From positions 2,002 through 66,001 of the forward strand of contig CAYQPR010000002.1 of assembly GCA_964419925.1 (NCBI GenBank): 64,000 nucleotides of DNA, read 5' to 3'. Below, one piece after another: positions 47,761 through 57,679 of the stretch. The stretch is from Candidatus Woesearchaeota archaeon. Its GTDB lineage: Archaea; Nanobdellota; Nanobdellia; SCGC-AAA011-G17; GW2011-AR20. A program made the position numbers and the translations under genes. Within the stretch, counting starts at the first letter, position 1. Each line of letters starts with the position of its first letter. The notes under the pieces are model-generated. The model was not told the DNA's origin and did not search any database. It was given only the letters and a program-made list of their open reading frames with translations.

Positions 47761-47835
47761 CGGGCCTGATGGGATTTGAACCCACGATCTTCAGCTTAGA
47801 AGGCTGACATCCAATCCAGGCTAGACGACAGGCCC
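47761..47835 (-). tRNA. tRNA-Arg (anticodon TCT), no intron
   Basis: Acceptor GGGCCTG/CAGGCCC. Anticodon arm TCAGC-CTTCTAA-GCTGA. T-arm GTGGG-TTCAAAT-CCCAT. Discriminator G. Confidence 0.75.
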
Positions 47836-47879
47836 ATAATAAAAACCACCTCTATGAAGATATTTAAACCTTTTCAAAA

Positions 47880-48485
47880 TTATTTTTTCCATTTAGAAAT
47901 CCATTTACCCATCTTAAAATGTAATAAAACGCTTCCAAAAAGGATACCTAAACTTCCATAAACCTTATCTAAAAAAGAATCAAAATCCGCATTTTGATAA
48001 AAATCATAATACATAATTGTTCCAAATATTTTATCCCCATAAAACTCATATTTCTCCCATAAAAAAACTCCAAAGATTAAAGTAAAAATAATTGAAAAAA
48101 TAATGGATTCATTAACATTGGTATCTTTTTTAGTTAAATATGTTTTAAGAATATAATAAAGAACGGCAAAGATTATGGTATAAAGAATTAAATTAAAAAA
48201 ATGAACATAGCTGTCAAAGTCGATTGAATTATCTAAAAATAATGTCAATATCATACTCATAACAAGTAAGAATAAAACAAATATTTCTAAGGTGTATAAT
48301 AAATTTTTATTATAATTTAATTTTATGTAATTTAAGCTAAATAAAAATTTTGGTATGAGCATCAATAAAGGAACAACAACTATCCACATAACCGTCAAAA
48401 AATAATTCTTTTGAAAAAATTTTAATATTCCCATAAGTATTACGATAAAAATAATTATGCGATAAATTAACTTGAATAGTTCCAT
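47880..48485 (-). CDS. polytopic membrane protein of unknown function
   Basis: About six hydrophobic helices. No motif. Confidence 0.45.
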   Translation of the reverse strand: MELFKLIYRIIIFIVILMGILKFFQKNYFLTVMWIVVVPLLMLIPKFLFSLNYIKLNYNKNLLYTLEIFVLFLLVMSMILTLFLDNSIDFDSYVHFFNLILYTIIFAVLYYILKTYLTKKDTNVNESIIFSIIFTLIFGVFLWEKYEFYGDKIFGTIMYYDFYQNADFDSFLDKVYGSLGILFGSVLLHFKMGKWISKWKK

Positions 48486-48554
48486 TGCTAGAAAAAGAAT
48501 AGAATAATTTTTAAAGATTTCTACCCAAATAAATAGTTATATATTAATAGGTTT

Positions 48555-49295
48555 ATGAAAAAAGAAAACTATACTTTTGTTGATATGCATGTTCATTCTA
48601 ATTACTCTTTAGATTCTTCAAATAAAATAAAAAATATTATTGAAAAAGCAAGAGAAAAAAATATAGGAATTTCTATAACCGACCATAATGAAATTGAAGG
48701 ATGTTTAGAGGCTTCAAAATATGATATCTTTCTGATTCCTGGAATAGAAATAACCTGTATGGAAGGTTGCCATATCCTAGTTTATTTTTATAAAATAAAA
48801 GACTTAGAAAGATTTTTCAATAAAGAAATAAAGAATAATATGTATAATAAAATGAGAACAAAGATACCTCAAGAAAACCTAATAGAAATAACAAATAAAT
48901 ACGAATGTTTGGTTAGTGCCGCACATCCATTTGGAGCCGGAAATTCTGGAATTTATAAATTAAAAAGATATAAGGATATGGAGACATTAGAGGGATTAAA
49001 CTCGGCTTTGACAAAAAATAAAAATAGTAAAACAATTTCTTTACGAAAAAAATTTTATACTGCAGGAAGCGACGCACATATAATCTCACATATCGGAAAA
49101 GGACTAGTTGGAGTAAAGGCAAGTAATGTAAAAGATTTTCTCAAAGGAATAAAGAATAATAAAAATATAATTAGAGGAAGGGAAATAAGTTTAATTGAAC
49201 AGATAAAACTGAATTTATTTAAAGAATTTTCTTTAATTAAAAAAATGAAATTAAAAGATTTTATAAATAACAGATTAATTCATATAATAAAATGA
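48555..49295 (+). CDS. PHP-domain phosphoesterase
   Basis: FVDMHVHSNYSLDSS...ISITDHNEIEG and later AAHPFG / GSDAHI are PHP metal-binding His/Asp motifs. Confidence 0.65.
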   Translation: MKKENYTFVDMHVHSNYSLDSSNKIKNIIEKAREKNIGISITDHNEIEGCLEASKYDIFLIPGIEITCMEGCHILVYFYKIKDLERFFNKEIKNNMYNKMRTKIPQENLIEITNKYECLVSAAHPFGAGNSGIYKLKRYKDMETLEGLNSALTKNKNSKTISLRKKFYTAGSDAHIISHIGKGLVGVKASNVKDFLKGIKNNKNIIRGREISLIEQIKLNLFKEFSLIKKMKLKDFINNRLIHIIK

Positions 49296-49789
49296 AATTA
49301 AGTTTGGCTGATAAGGTCTCATTATCAAGAATACCATTAACAATATTATTTATCCTGTTTATAGGAAATCAGTTTTTATCTTTAATTATACTGACTCTTG
49401 TAATAATTTCTGATATCTTAGATGGTTATTTAGCGAGAAAAAGTAAAACAACCAAATTTGGAGCAACCTTAGATCCGTTAATGGATAAATTTTTTATAGT
49501 AACAACATTTATCTTTTTTTTAACAAATCAAGAAATTAGTTTTATACAGTTTTTATTTTTAATAATAAGAGATATTTATAGCATTTCAGAGATGACATTG
49601 ATTCAATTATTAAAATCAGAAAAGTCGCACAAAGCAAACATATTTGGAAAAATAACAACAACTTTACAGTTCATAGCAATCGGATTTTTAATTTTAAGAA
49701 TAAATTTGGTGAATCCATTAGTAATTATTATATTAATTTCTTCATTAATAACAATAATAAGCTATATTAGATCGAGGTGGTTAAAATAA
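49292..49789 (+). CDS. CDP-alcohol phosphatidyltransferase (archaetidyl-head-group synthase family)
   Basis: DILDGYLARKSKTTKFGATLDPLMDK is the D-G-x2-A-R-x8-G-x3-D-x3-D signature. ATGA overlap with the upstream PHP gene. Confidence 0.75.
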   Translation: MKLSLADKVSLSRIPLTILFILFIGNQFLSLIILTLVIISDILDGYLARKSKTTKFGATLDPLMDKFFIVTTFIFFLTNQEISFIQFLFLIIRDIYSISEMTLIQLLKSEKSHKANIFGKITTTLQFIAIGFLILRINLVNPLVIIILISSLITIISYIRSRWLK

Positions 49790-50298
49790 TACTAGAGATT
49801 ATCTATCTTTTATTACCAGGGTATTTTGCAAACATGTCTCCTGCATTTTCAAGCAAAATAAATTTTCTTAATTATCCTGTAGATTTCAATAAAACAATAT
49901 TCGGAAAAAGAATTTTTGGTAAGAATAAAACTTTTAGAGGTTTTTTCTTTGCAATAATATTTGCAATAATTATTGCTTATGTTCAGAGTTTGCTAAACTT
50001 AAATGTTAACTTAATTGATTATAAAAACTTTATTTTAATCGGATTCTTAATGGGATTTGGGGCAATGTTTGGAGACTTAATAGAAAGCTTCTTCAAGAGA
50101 CAATTAAATATTCCGCCGGGTCATCGTTTTTTACCATTTGATCAAATAGACCATGTAATGGGTTCATTGCTCTTTCTTTCAATTAGTTATAGTATAAGTT
50201 TAAAAATATTTATTATTGCAATAATGATAACTTTTCCACTGCATTTAATTATAAACTATATTGCATATAAATTAAGGCTAAGAAATACTTACTGGTAG
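49777..50298 (+). CDS. carS: CDP-archaeol synthase (CTP:2,3-di-O-geranylgeranylglyceryl-phosphate cytidylyltransferase, CdsA/CarS family)
   Basis: GKRIFGKNKTFRG and GDLIESFFKRQLNIPPGHRFLPFDQIDH match the cytidylyltransferase C-terminal signature. About 170 aa and multi-TM. Confidence 0.65.
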   Translation: MVKIILEIIYLLLPGYFANMSPAFSSKINFLNYPVDFNKTIFGKRIFGKNKTFRGFFFAIIFAIIIAYVQSLLNLNVNLIDYKNFILIGFLMGFGAMFGDLIESFFKRQLNIPPGHRFLPFDQIDHVMGSLLFLSISYSISLKIFIIAIMITFPLHLIINYIAYKLRLRNTYW

Positions 50299-51305
50299 TT
50301 AAATTTATTCTTCATTTTTTTAAATATATTTTTAGCGTCTAAATGTCTTTTATTGAAATGTAATTTTGCGGGCAATCCGGTTTTAATGAATGTTTTTAGT
50401 AATCCTTTAAAAACATTTTTCATAAAGATATTATTTCTAACACTATCATTTAATATTGTTTTAACAAGCCAATCTGCTTTTTTATCGCTTTCTCCAAAAG
50501 TAAATCGATTTATTTCTGGTTTGGTATTAATCTTTAATTTAGAAAAGATATGATTCATCCTTGCATTAATTTCATTTACAAAACTAAATTTAGTTAAACT
50601 TCTTGCAACAATATAAGATTTTCCCATTGCAATATTTCTAAAGTATTCATCAAAATTATCTCCTTCAGCAAGCGTATAAACTCTTCCAATTCTGCCAATA
50701 TGACTATCTGTAGAAGCAATAACCCCCTTATTATATTTTTGAGCAAGAAATAAAGAAAATTTATTTAATGGTTTTATTATTCCCATGTTATACTCTAGAA
50801 CTGGGAAATGTTCAACAAGTTTTAAAACGGAGTCAACATTAAGTTCTTCATGGTTATAACACCAGTAGGGATGATTGTAAACATAATGAAGCTTATTCTT
50901 TTTAAGATATTTTAACAATGAAAATATATTTCTTTCATCAAGAGAGATTTCCCTTAAATCTCTAAATTGTTCTTTTGAAAGACCATAAACGTTTGTATGT
51001 ATTGTATGACCCACTCTCTTTTTATCAGTTATCTCAATTTCAACTCCAGTAACTAACTTATTCTTTTTCCATCCAATACTGTCATAAGCTGCCATTGTAT
51101 CATGATCTGTAAATGTAATAAAATCAAGATTTTTTCTCAAAGCTTTTTTATATAAATAATTAGGGTCTAATTTTTTAAATGGAAGAACATCATCAGAATA
51201 CCAAGTATGAACATGCAAATCTGCCTTTTTCCATCCTTGATTTACTAATTCTAAAGATCTCTTTTTAGAAATAATTTGGTCATAATTAATCTTTAATCCC
51301 ATGCC
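50289..51305 (-). CDS. PHP-domain phosphoesterase (second, larger). The track ORF extends to 51431, but the likely start is the Met at 51305.
   Basis: KADLHVHTWYSDD...ITFTDHDTMAAY and later STDSHIG are PHP motifs. Confidence 0.6.
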   Translation of the reverse strand, partial: GMGLKINYDQIISKKRSLELVNQGWKKADLHVHTWYSDDVLPFKKLDPNYLYKKALRKNLDFITFTDHDTMAAYDSIGWKKNKLVTGVEIEITDKKRVGHTIHTNVYGLSKEQFRDLREISLDERNIFSLLKYLKKNKLHYVYNHPYWCYNHEELNVDSVLKLVEHFPVLEYNMGIIKPLNKFSLFLAQKYNKGVIASTDSHIGRIGRVYTLAEGDNFDEYFRNIAMGKSYIVARSLTKFSFVNEINARMNHIFSKLKINTKPEINRFTFGESDKKADWLVKTILNDSVRNNIFMKNVFKGLLKTFIKTGLPAKLHFNKRHLDAKNIFKKMKNKFNYQ

Positions 51306-51395
51306 TAATATCAAATAAGAATGCTTTATTAAATTTATGATTGAAAGAATTTTCAAAATAAAAAAGTTTAAATAACGCCTTTCTAAAAGAATCTT

Positions 51396-53840
51396 ATGTA
51401 TAACTTTAAAGAAATAGAAGAAAAATGGCAAGATAAATGGGAAAAATCAAAAATATTTAAAGTTAAATTAGATAATAAAAAAAAGAAGTTCTATAATTTA
51501 GAAATGTTCCCGTACCCCTCAGGTGCCCTGCACATGGGTCATGTAAGAAATTATTCAATCGGTGATGCATATGCAAGATTCAAAAGAATGCAGGGTTATA
51601 ATGTTCTTTATCCAATGGGTTATGACGCTTTTGGTTTGCCAGCAGAGAATGCGGCTATAAAAAATAAAATAAATCCAAAAGATTGGACATTTAACAATAT
51701 AACGATAATGAAAGAACAGCAGATGCAATTAGGCTTAAGTTACGACTGGGATAAAGAATTAGCAACATGCACATCAGAATATTATAAATGGAATCAGTTT
51801 ATATTTCTAAAATTTTATGAAAAAAATCTTGTTTATAGAAAAGAAGCTTTAGTTAATTTCTGTAATTCATGTAAAACCGTTTTAGCAAATGAACAGGTTA
51901 TAAACGGAAAATGTTGGAGATGCAAAAACGAAATTGAGTTAAAAAATTTAGAACAATGGTTTTTGAAGATTACAGAATATGCTGAAGAATTATTAAACGA
52001 TTTAGACAAATTAGACTGGCCTGAAAAGGTTAAGATAATGCAAAAAAATTGGATTGGAAAAAGTGAAGGAACCCTAATTAAGTTTCAATTAGAAAATTCA
52101 AAAGAATATTTAGAAGTGTTCACAACGAGACCCGATACACTATACGGAGTAACATTCGTTACAATGGCTCCAGAAAATCCCAAAGTTGCTGAGTTAATTA
52201 AAAATCATAAAAACAAAGAAAGTATTGAAAATTTTATCAAAAAAGTTATCAACGAAGAAAAGTTTTCAAGAACAGCAGAAGATAAAGAAAAATATGGAAT
52301 TCCATTAAATAAAAATGTTATTCATCCATTAACCAATGAAAAAATTCCAATTTACTTAGCTAACTTTGTTTTACCCGATTATGGAACTGGAATTGTAATG
52401 GGTGTTCCAGCCCATGATCAAAGAGATTTTGAGTTTGCAAAAAAGTATAAGTTACCTGTTAAAGTTGTAATAACTCCAAAAGATAAAAAATTAACAGATT
52501 TAAAAGAAGCTTATTTAGGTGAAGGAATTTTAATTAATTCAAATAAATTTAATGATTTAGAAAACAAAAAAGGCGTTGAAGAGATCACTAAACATTTATC
52601 TGGATTAAAACTTGGAAAAAGAGAAATTCAATATAAATTACGTGATTGGTTAATTTCAAGACAAAGATATTGGGGAACGCCAATTCCTATAATTTACTGT
52701 AACAATTGCGGAATTCTTCCAGAAAAAAATCTTCCAGTTAAATTGCCTGAAAATGTTAAGTTTACTGGAGAAGGAAATCCACTTAGTTCCTCAAAAGAGT
52801 TTATTAATGTAAAATGTCCAAAATGTAATAAACAAGCCAGAAGAGAAACAGACACCATGGATACTTTTTTTGACTCCTCTTGGTATTATTTAAGATACTG
52901 CGATGTAGACAATGATAAACTACCTTTTTCTAAAAAAAATGTTAATTACTTTATGCCCGTAGATCAATACATCGGCGGAATAGAACATGCAATATTACAT
53001 TTACTTTATTCAAGATTTTTCACAAAAGCATTCAGAGATTTAAAACTATTAAATTTTAATGAACCGTTTAAAAAATTATTAACACAAGGGATGGTGCTAA
53101 AAGATGGAGAAGTGATGAGTAAGAGCAAAGGAAATGTTGTTGATCCTAGAACAATAATTGAAAAATACGGAAGCGATTCATTAAGAACTTTTATTTTATT
53201 TATAGCTTCTCCAGAAAAAGAATTCAATTGGAGTGATGATGGTATTGAAGGAATTTTTAAGTTTTTGAATAGAGTTTATTCCTTATTAGATAAGATAAAT
53301 AAAAAAAATGATTTAATTGTTGAAAGCAAATTAAATAAATTGATTAAAAAAGTTACAGAAGAAATTGAAAATTTCAAATATAATAACGCAATAATTTCCA
53401 TAATGGAATTTAGTGATTATATAAAAGACAAGAATTATGATAAAAATACTTTAACGAAATTAATTTTATTGTTTAGTCCATTTTCACCTCACCTTGCAGA
53501 AGAAATGTTTTCAAAATTAGGAAACAAAGGATTTGCTTCTTTAGAAAAATGGCCAAAATGCGACGAGAAGAAAATTAATGAAAACTTGGAGAAAGAAGAA
53601 GAAATTATTGAAAAATTAATTCAAGATATTAAAAATATTAAAAAATTAGCAAATATTGAAAATCCAGAAGTTTACCTTTATTGTATTCCAAAAGAAATTG
53701 ATTTGTATGAGAAAAATAAAGATAAAATTAAAGATTGTAAAAACATTAAAATTTATGCTGTTAACGACAAAAATAAGTTTGATCCAGAAAATAAATCTTC
53801 TAAAGCTAAATTAGGAAAACCTGCGATATATTTAAAATAA
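51396..53840 (+). CDS. leuS: leucyl-tRNA synthetase, bacterial-type
   Basis: FPYPSGALHMGHVRNYSIGDAYARFKRMQGYNVLYPMGYDAFGLPAENAA (bacterial LeuRS HMGH region) and VMSKSKGN (KMSKS). 814 aa. Confidence 0.85.
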   Translation: MYNFKEIEEKWQDKWEKSKIFKVKLDNKKKKFYNLEMFPYPSGALHMGHVRNYSIGDAYARFKRMQGYNVLYPMGYDAFGLPAENAAIKNKINPKDWTFNNITIMKEQQMQLGLSYDWDKELATCTSEYYKWNQFIFLKFYEKNLVYRKEALVNFCNSCKTVLANEQVINGKCWRCKNEIELKNLEQWFLKITEYAEELLNDLDKLDWPEKVKIMQKNWIGKSEGTLIKFQLENSKEYLEVFTTRPDTLYGVTFVTMAPENPKVAELIKNHKNKESIENFIKKVINEEKFSRTAEDKEKYGIPLNKNVIHPLTNEKIPIYLANFVLPDYGTGIVMGVPAHDQRDFEFAKKYKLPVKVVITPKDKKLTDLKEAYLGEGILINSNKFNDLENKKGVEEITKHLSGLKLGKREIQYKLRDWLISRQRYWGTPIPIIYCNNCGILPEKNLPVKLPENVKFTGEGNPLSSSKEFINVKCPKCNKQARRETDTMDTFFDSSWYYLRYCDVDNDKLPFSKKNVNYFMPVDQYIGGIEHAILHLLYSRFFTKAFRDLKLLNFNEPFKKLLTQGMVLKDGEVMSKSKGNVVDPRTIIEKYGSDSLRTFILFIASPEKEFNWSDDGIEGIFKFLNRVYSLLDKINKKNDLIVESKLNKLIKKVTEEIENFKYNNAIISIMEFSDYIKDKNYDKNTLTKLILLFSPFSPHLAEEMFSKLGNKGFASLEKWPKCDEKKINENLEKEEEIIEKLIQDIKNIKKLANIENPEVYLYCIPKEIDLYEKNKDKIKDCKNIKIYAVNDKNKFDPENKSSKAKLGKPAIYLK

Positions 53841-53887
53841 AATGATTATTTGGATAAGTTTAAATAGAAAGAGCGGGTTATACAACA

Positions 53888-55498
53888 ATGCAAAAAAACG
53901 TTGCTTTTTTAACATTTTCCTTGTTCGTAGTTCTAATTGTTGTAAACGCTTGTAGCAATGTAAAAGGAATAGAAATAAATCAGAAATTTGAGCCTAAGTC
54001 AGAATTAATAATAAATGAGGGATTAAATAAAGATAAAATCATTGAAGGGATTAGTTTTTATCAGAAATTAAAATATAATTCAGAATACCTATTGACTGAT
54101 GAAGGTGGTTTGATAATCTCTCAAAGTGAAAATGTTTCTCCAGTTCTTAAAAAAATATTTAACAAAGAAGGTAATCAAGGTGGAAAAGATTTACTCAAAT
54201 TGGTTATTCACGGAAAGAAGTTAGATTCTAAAAATTGGAGGAAAATAATTTCGGTTTTGATACTTAGAGACAATGTTCCAATAGCAAGTTATAGAAATGA
54301 TTTCAATAATCAAAATGATTTAACATTAGAGATACCAAATGTTAAAGGAAAAAATTTAGAAATTTATTACGTGACAAGAATTTTTGATTTAGACAATCCA
54401 AAAAATTCTAATATAATATTTTACGGCTCAAAACTGCCAGACGATCCTGAAGAATATGAAATATATGAAAAAGAATCAAAACCAATAAGAACAAATTTTA
54501 AAGAGATTTCAAAAAGTATAAACCTAAAAGAAATTTATGAATTTGAGATTGCAATAAAACCTCTTGACATTAATATGATTGATACATATTCTTTTTTAAA
54601 TGATTACTCAGCAACAGAAGCTTATTTTTATAATAATAATTTTTTTGAAGAAGTCTTTATTTCACAAACCGGAGGCGAAATAGGTAAATCAATCTCTAGA
54701 TCAAGGGGGTTAATTACTGCACAACACAAATTTATGGAATTAGAAAATTTAACGTATAATTATAGTTCTTCTGATTTCGAGAGACGTAGTATAAAGTGGT
54801 ATAAATCGTTTAATTTTAATCCAGATGGATATCCTGGACATTTAGATTTTGTGTTTAGCAATTTTTATGATACAGACTATGAAATAAATGGATTAGATAC
54901 AATGAAACCAATGTACCAAATTGGGTTTTCTGAGATCCCAAAGACAACAAAATTATACTACAATAAAGATTCAAACATTCTTACGGGTACTGGGGGCCAT
55001 TGGCCTAATAAACCGGATTATGAAATCACAAGAGGATTATCAGAAAGTTTTGTTTTCAATATTGAAAATGCTCCAAAACTTAATAAAGAAATTGCATTTT
55101 ATAAATCTCCTTTAAAACTTAAAATCAACGTTGCTTATCCGGAAAATCCAGAAGAATTAAAACAGATTTTTTATGGTTATTTTAAAAGCAATTATAATTA
55201 TTATTCTCCAATTCCTTTAGATTATGTTCTTGTTTTAGGTTATATTTATCCTTCCTTCAGATTCTATACTCAAACAAGTCTAAATCTTCCAGATAATACT
55301 ACTAAAGTGTCAGAAGGCTCTCCTTTAATAAATTGTAATTATCCAACAGAATCAAATCCACCAATTTCTTACTGCCAAAAAGGAATCTATCAAATAACTT
55401 GGGATGCTTCTGACATCGTAAAAAATGGTCAAAAAAAGATAACAAAAAAAGTTTGTTATACTGGAACGTACTTCTCAACAGATTTAGAACTATGTTAA
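53888..55498 (+). CDS. secreted protein of unknown function (signal peptide, Cys after the hydrophobic core)
   Basis: MQKNVAFLTFSLFVVLIVVNAC. 536 aa, Asn/Tyr-rich. Confidence 0.5.
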   Translation: MQKNVAFLTFSLFVVLIVVNACSNVKGIEINQKFEPKSELIINEGLNKDKIIEGISFYQKLKYNSEYLLTDEGGLIISQSENVSPVLKKIFNKEGNQGGKDLLKLVIHGKKLDSKNWRKIISVLILRDNVPIASYRNDFNNQNDLTLEIPNVKGKNLEIYYVTRIFDLDNPKNSNIIFYGSKLPDDPEEYEIYEKESKPIRTNFKEISKSINLKEIYEFEIAIKPLDINMIDTYSFLNDYSATEAYFYNNNFFEEVFISQTGGEIGKSISRSRGLITAQHKFMELENLTYNYSSSDFERRSIKWYKSFNFNPDGYPGHLDFVFSNFYDTDYEINGLDTMKPMYQIGFSEIPKTTKLYYNKDSNILTGTGGHWPNKPDYEITRGLSESFVFNIENAPKLNKEIAFYKSPLKLKINVAYPENPEELKQIFYGYFKSNYNYYSPIPLDYVLVLGYIYPSFRFYTQTSLNLPDNTTKVSEGSPLINCNYPTESNPPISYCQKGIYQITWDASDIVKNGQKKITKKVCYTGTYFSTDLELC

Positions 55499-55518
55499 AA
55501 TAAAAAAAAGAAAAAAAA

Positions 55519-57006
55519 TTATTGCAAAGCTAAAATTTGCCTTACAATTTCAAGAAGTTGTTTATACAACTCTTTCAACTTTATTTCTTTATTAACCGGT
55601 TCTGGTGTAGGTTCTGGAACAATTATTCCATTACCAACATTAACGGTCAATGAAGATTCAGCTGAGTTTCCTTGATCATCACTTACAGTAAATCGAACAT
55701 AATAAGTTCCAGGATTACTATAAGAATGTGTAAATGTAGCCTCTTGACTTCTTATCGATTCTGAATTACTTGAAGTTAAAGGAGCAAACCAATTTTTCTC
55801 TCCCCAATCAACAGAGTAATAAAGATTTTTTCCTTCGTCATGAGCTTTAACAACCCAAGTTGCTTTTTCATTTACATTTAGGTTTTGAGGCCCACTTACT
55901 CCATCAATTACAGGATTACTATTTAATGATTTTACGTTAACAATTTTAGTTAATACATTATTTTCTTTATTTATGTCGTTATTTGTACCAACTTTAACTG
56001 TAAATTTATAATCTCCTGCATTAAAGTAAGTATGTGAAGTTTTCAAAGTTATTTTTTCTCCAGCTTTAATTACTTGAGGAGTTGCATAACCTTGTCCTGC
56101 ACCTTCACCGTAATTATACTCAACACTATAACTATAAGCGTCTCCGCCATAATTTGCTACTGTAATCACAAAATCAACTTCTTTTCCAGCATAAGCTTGA
56201 TTAAAGTTAATATCTGAGATTGCTAAGTCAGGATAAGTATTTATCACATTTCCATTAACATCAACTGTTAATGTACTTTGAGTACTTTCTCCTTTTTCAT
56301 CACTTACTGTAAATGTAACTGTGTAAGTTCCAGAATTTTGATATGAATGAGTAAATGTTGAGGTTTGTGTTTTTGATGCAAATGCTTTTTCTTGAAGACC
56401 TTCATAAAGCCTTATTTTTTCTCCCCAATTAACAGAATAACTTAAGTAATTTCCATCAGGATCATAAGCATTTATTTGCCATTTTCCAACTTCATTTACA
56501 TTTAAGTTTTGAGGTCCTGAAACACCTGTAATAACTGGTGCTTGATTTTTAGGTTCAGTTTTATGTGCAATTTCATAACTGAATGTAACCCAACTTCCAG
56601 CATCTCCTCTAGTTACATATTTAGGAGTTAACTGTAATAAGTCTCCATTAACATCAATTTGTTCTAATGTTTTACCAATTTCAACATTTTGATAAGTTGC
56701 ACAATTTCTAAAAGACCATTCTGGCCAGTTCTTAGAACATATCTGTAAATCGACTGACGCCATTAAGTTAGCATCTGTAGGTCCATCTATAACATACCAA
56801 TCTCTAACTTTATTTAAAATTATATCAAAATTAGAGTCAGGAATACTATATTTACCACCTTCATTTAATTCGAATGAGTTATACGTTTTTATAACTCCAC
56901 TTGGATCATTAACAATCATTGGACTACCAAGTACATTTAATGGTAGTGTTAATACCGTTAAGATCATTAACATTGCAATTATTTTGTTTTTCATTTTATC
57001 CTCCAT
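55519..57006 (-). CDS. secreted protein with repeated PKD/Ig-like domains
   Basis: Signal peptide. Two copies of VSGPQNLNVNE...W.V.A.D..GN.L.YSV.WGE, the PKD-domain consensus. Confidence 0.6.
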   Translation of the reverse strand: MEDKMKNKIIAMLMILTVLTLPLNVLGSPMIVNDPSGVIKTYNSFELNEGGKYSIPDSNFDIILNKVRDWYVIDGPTDANLMASVDLQICSKNWPEWSFRNCATYQNVEIGKTLEQIDVNGDLLQLTPKYVTRGDAGSWVTFSYEIAHKTEPKNQAPVITGVSGPQNLNVNEVGKWQINAYDPDGNYLSYSVNWGEKIRLYEGLQEKAFASKTQTSTFTHSYQNSGTYTVTFTVSDEKGESTQSTLTVDVNGNVINTYPDLAISDINFNQAYAGKEVDFVITVANYGGDAYSYSVEYNYGEGAGQGYATPQVIKAGEKITLKTSHTYFNAGDYKFTVKVGTNNDINKENNVLTKIVNVKSLNSNPVIDGVSGPQNLNVNEKATWVVKAHDEGKNLYYSVDWGEKNWFAPLTSSNSESIRSQEATFTHSYSNPGTYYVRFTVSDDQGNSAESSLTVNVGNGIIVPEPTPEPVNKEIKLKELYKQLLEIVRQILALQ

Positions 57007-57068
57007 AAGTTTTAATTAAGAGATAGTAAACTAATGATGCCTATATACTTTGTTTAGACTTTAAGGTA

Positions 57069-57096
57069 GTTTGAAGTCAAAATAAAGGTTTATAAG
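57069..57096. repeat. 28-bp direct repeat, left copy (gtttgaagtcaaaataaaggtttataag)
   Basis: Identical to 57986..58013. Confidence 0.8.
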
Positions 57097-57163
57097 AGAA
57101 AATTTATAGATTAAGATTTTAAATCAGATTGAGTTTAAATCATAGAAAAGTTTATATACTACA

Positions 57164-57679
57164 TTGTGCACATTAAGATACATGATTATAGTAAAGGATG
57201 CAATGGTGTTAATACATTTAGCAAAACTCTCAATTCTAGAAAAGAGTTGTGAATATTTTAAAGACGTATTAATTCCAGAATTAGTTTATGAAGAAATTAA
57301 TAAATATCCCGATTATGATGACACCAAAATAATAAATAGTTTAATAGAAAAAAAGAAAATTACAAAAAAACAAATAAAAAACATATCTTTAATAAAAAAA
57401 GCAAACGAACTTAATATAAACCACGGAGAAGCTGAAGCTGTCTCATTGTATTGGCAAGAAAATGCAGATTTACTAGCCACAGATGACGATAACGTAAGAA
57501 AAAGAGCAATGATATTAGATATAAAGATTATTGGGACATTAAGTATAATCCTAAGTCTCTACAACAAAAATAAAATAACAAAGGATAAAATAATTTCAAG
57601 TTTAGAAAAATTAAAAGAAATTGGTTGGTTCAACGATTTTATTATTGATAATATTTTAATGGAGGTTAACAGAAAATGA
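57164..57679 (+). CDS. PIN-domain protein of the DUF3368/COG2405-like family (toxin). The track start is TTG; the likely ATG is at 57182.
   Basis: MIIVKDAMVLIHLAKLS...HGEAEAVSLYWQENADLLATDDDNVRKRA matches the family pattern GEAEAI..A......LLLDD..AR. Confidence 0.6.
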   Translation: MCTLRYMIIVKDAMVLIHLAKLSILEKSCEYFKDVLIPELVYEEINKYPDYDDTKIINSLIEKKKITKKQIKNISLIKKANELNINHGEAEAVSLYWQENADLLATDDDNVRKRAMILDIKIIGTLSIILSLYNKNKITKDKIISSLEKLKEIGWFNDFIIDNILMEVNRK

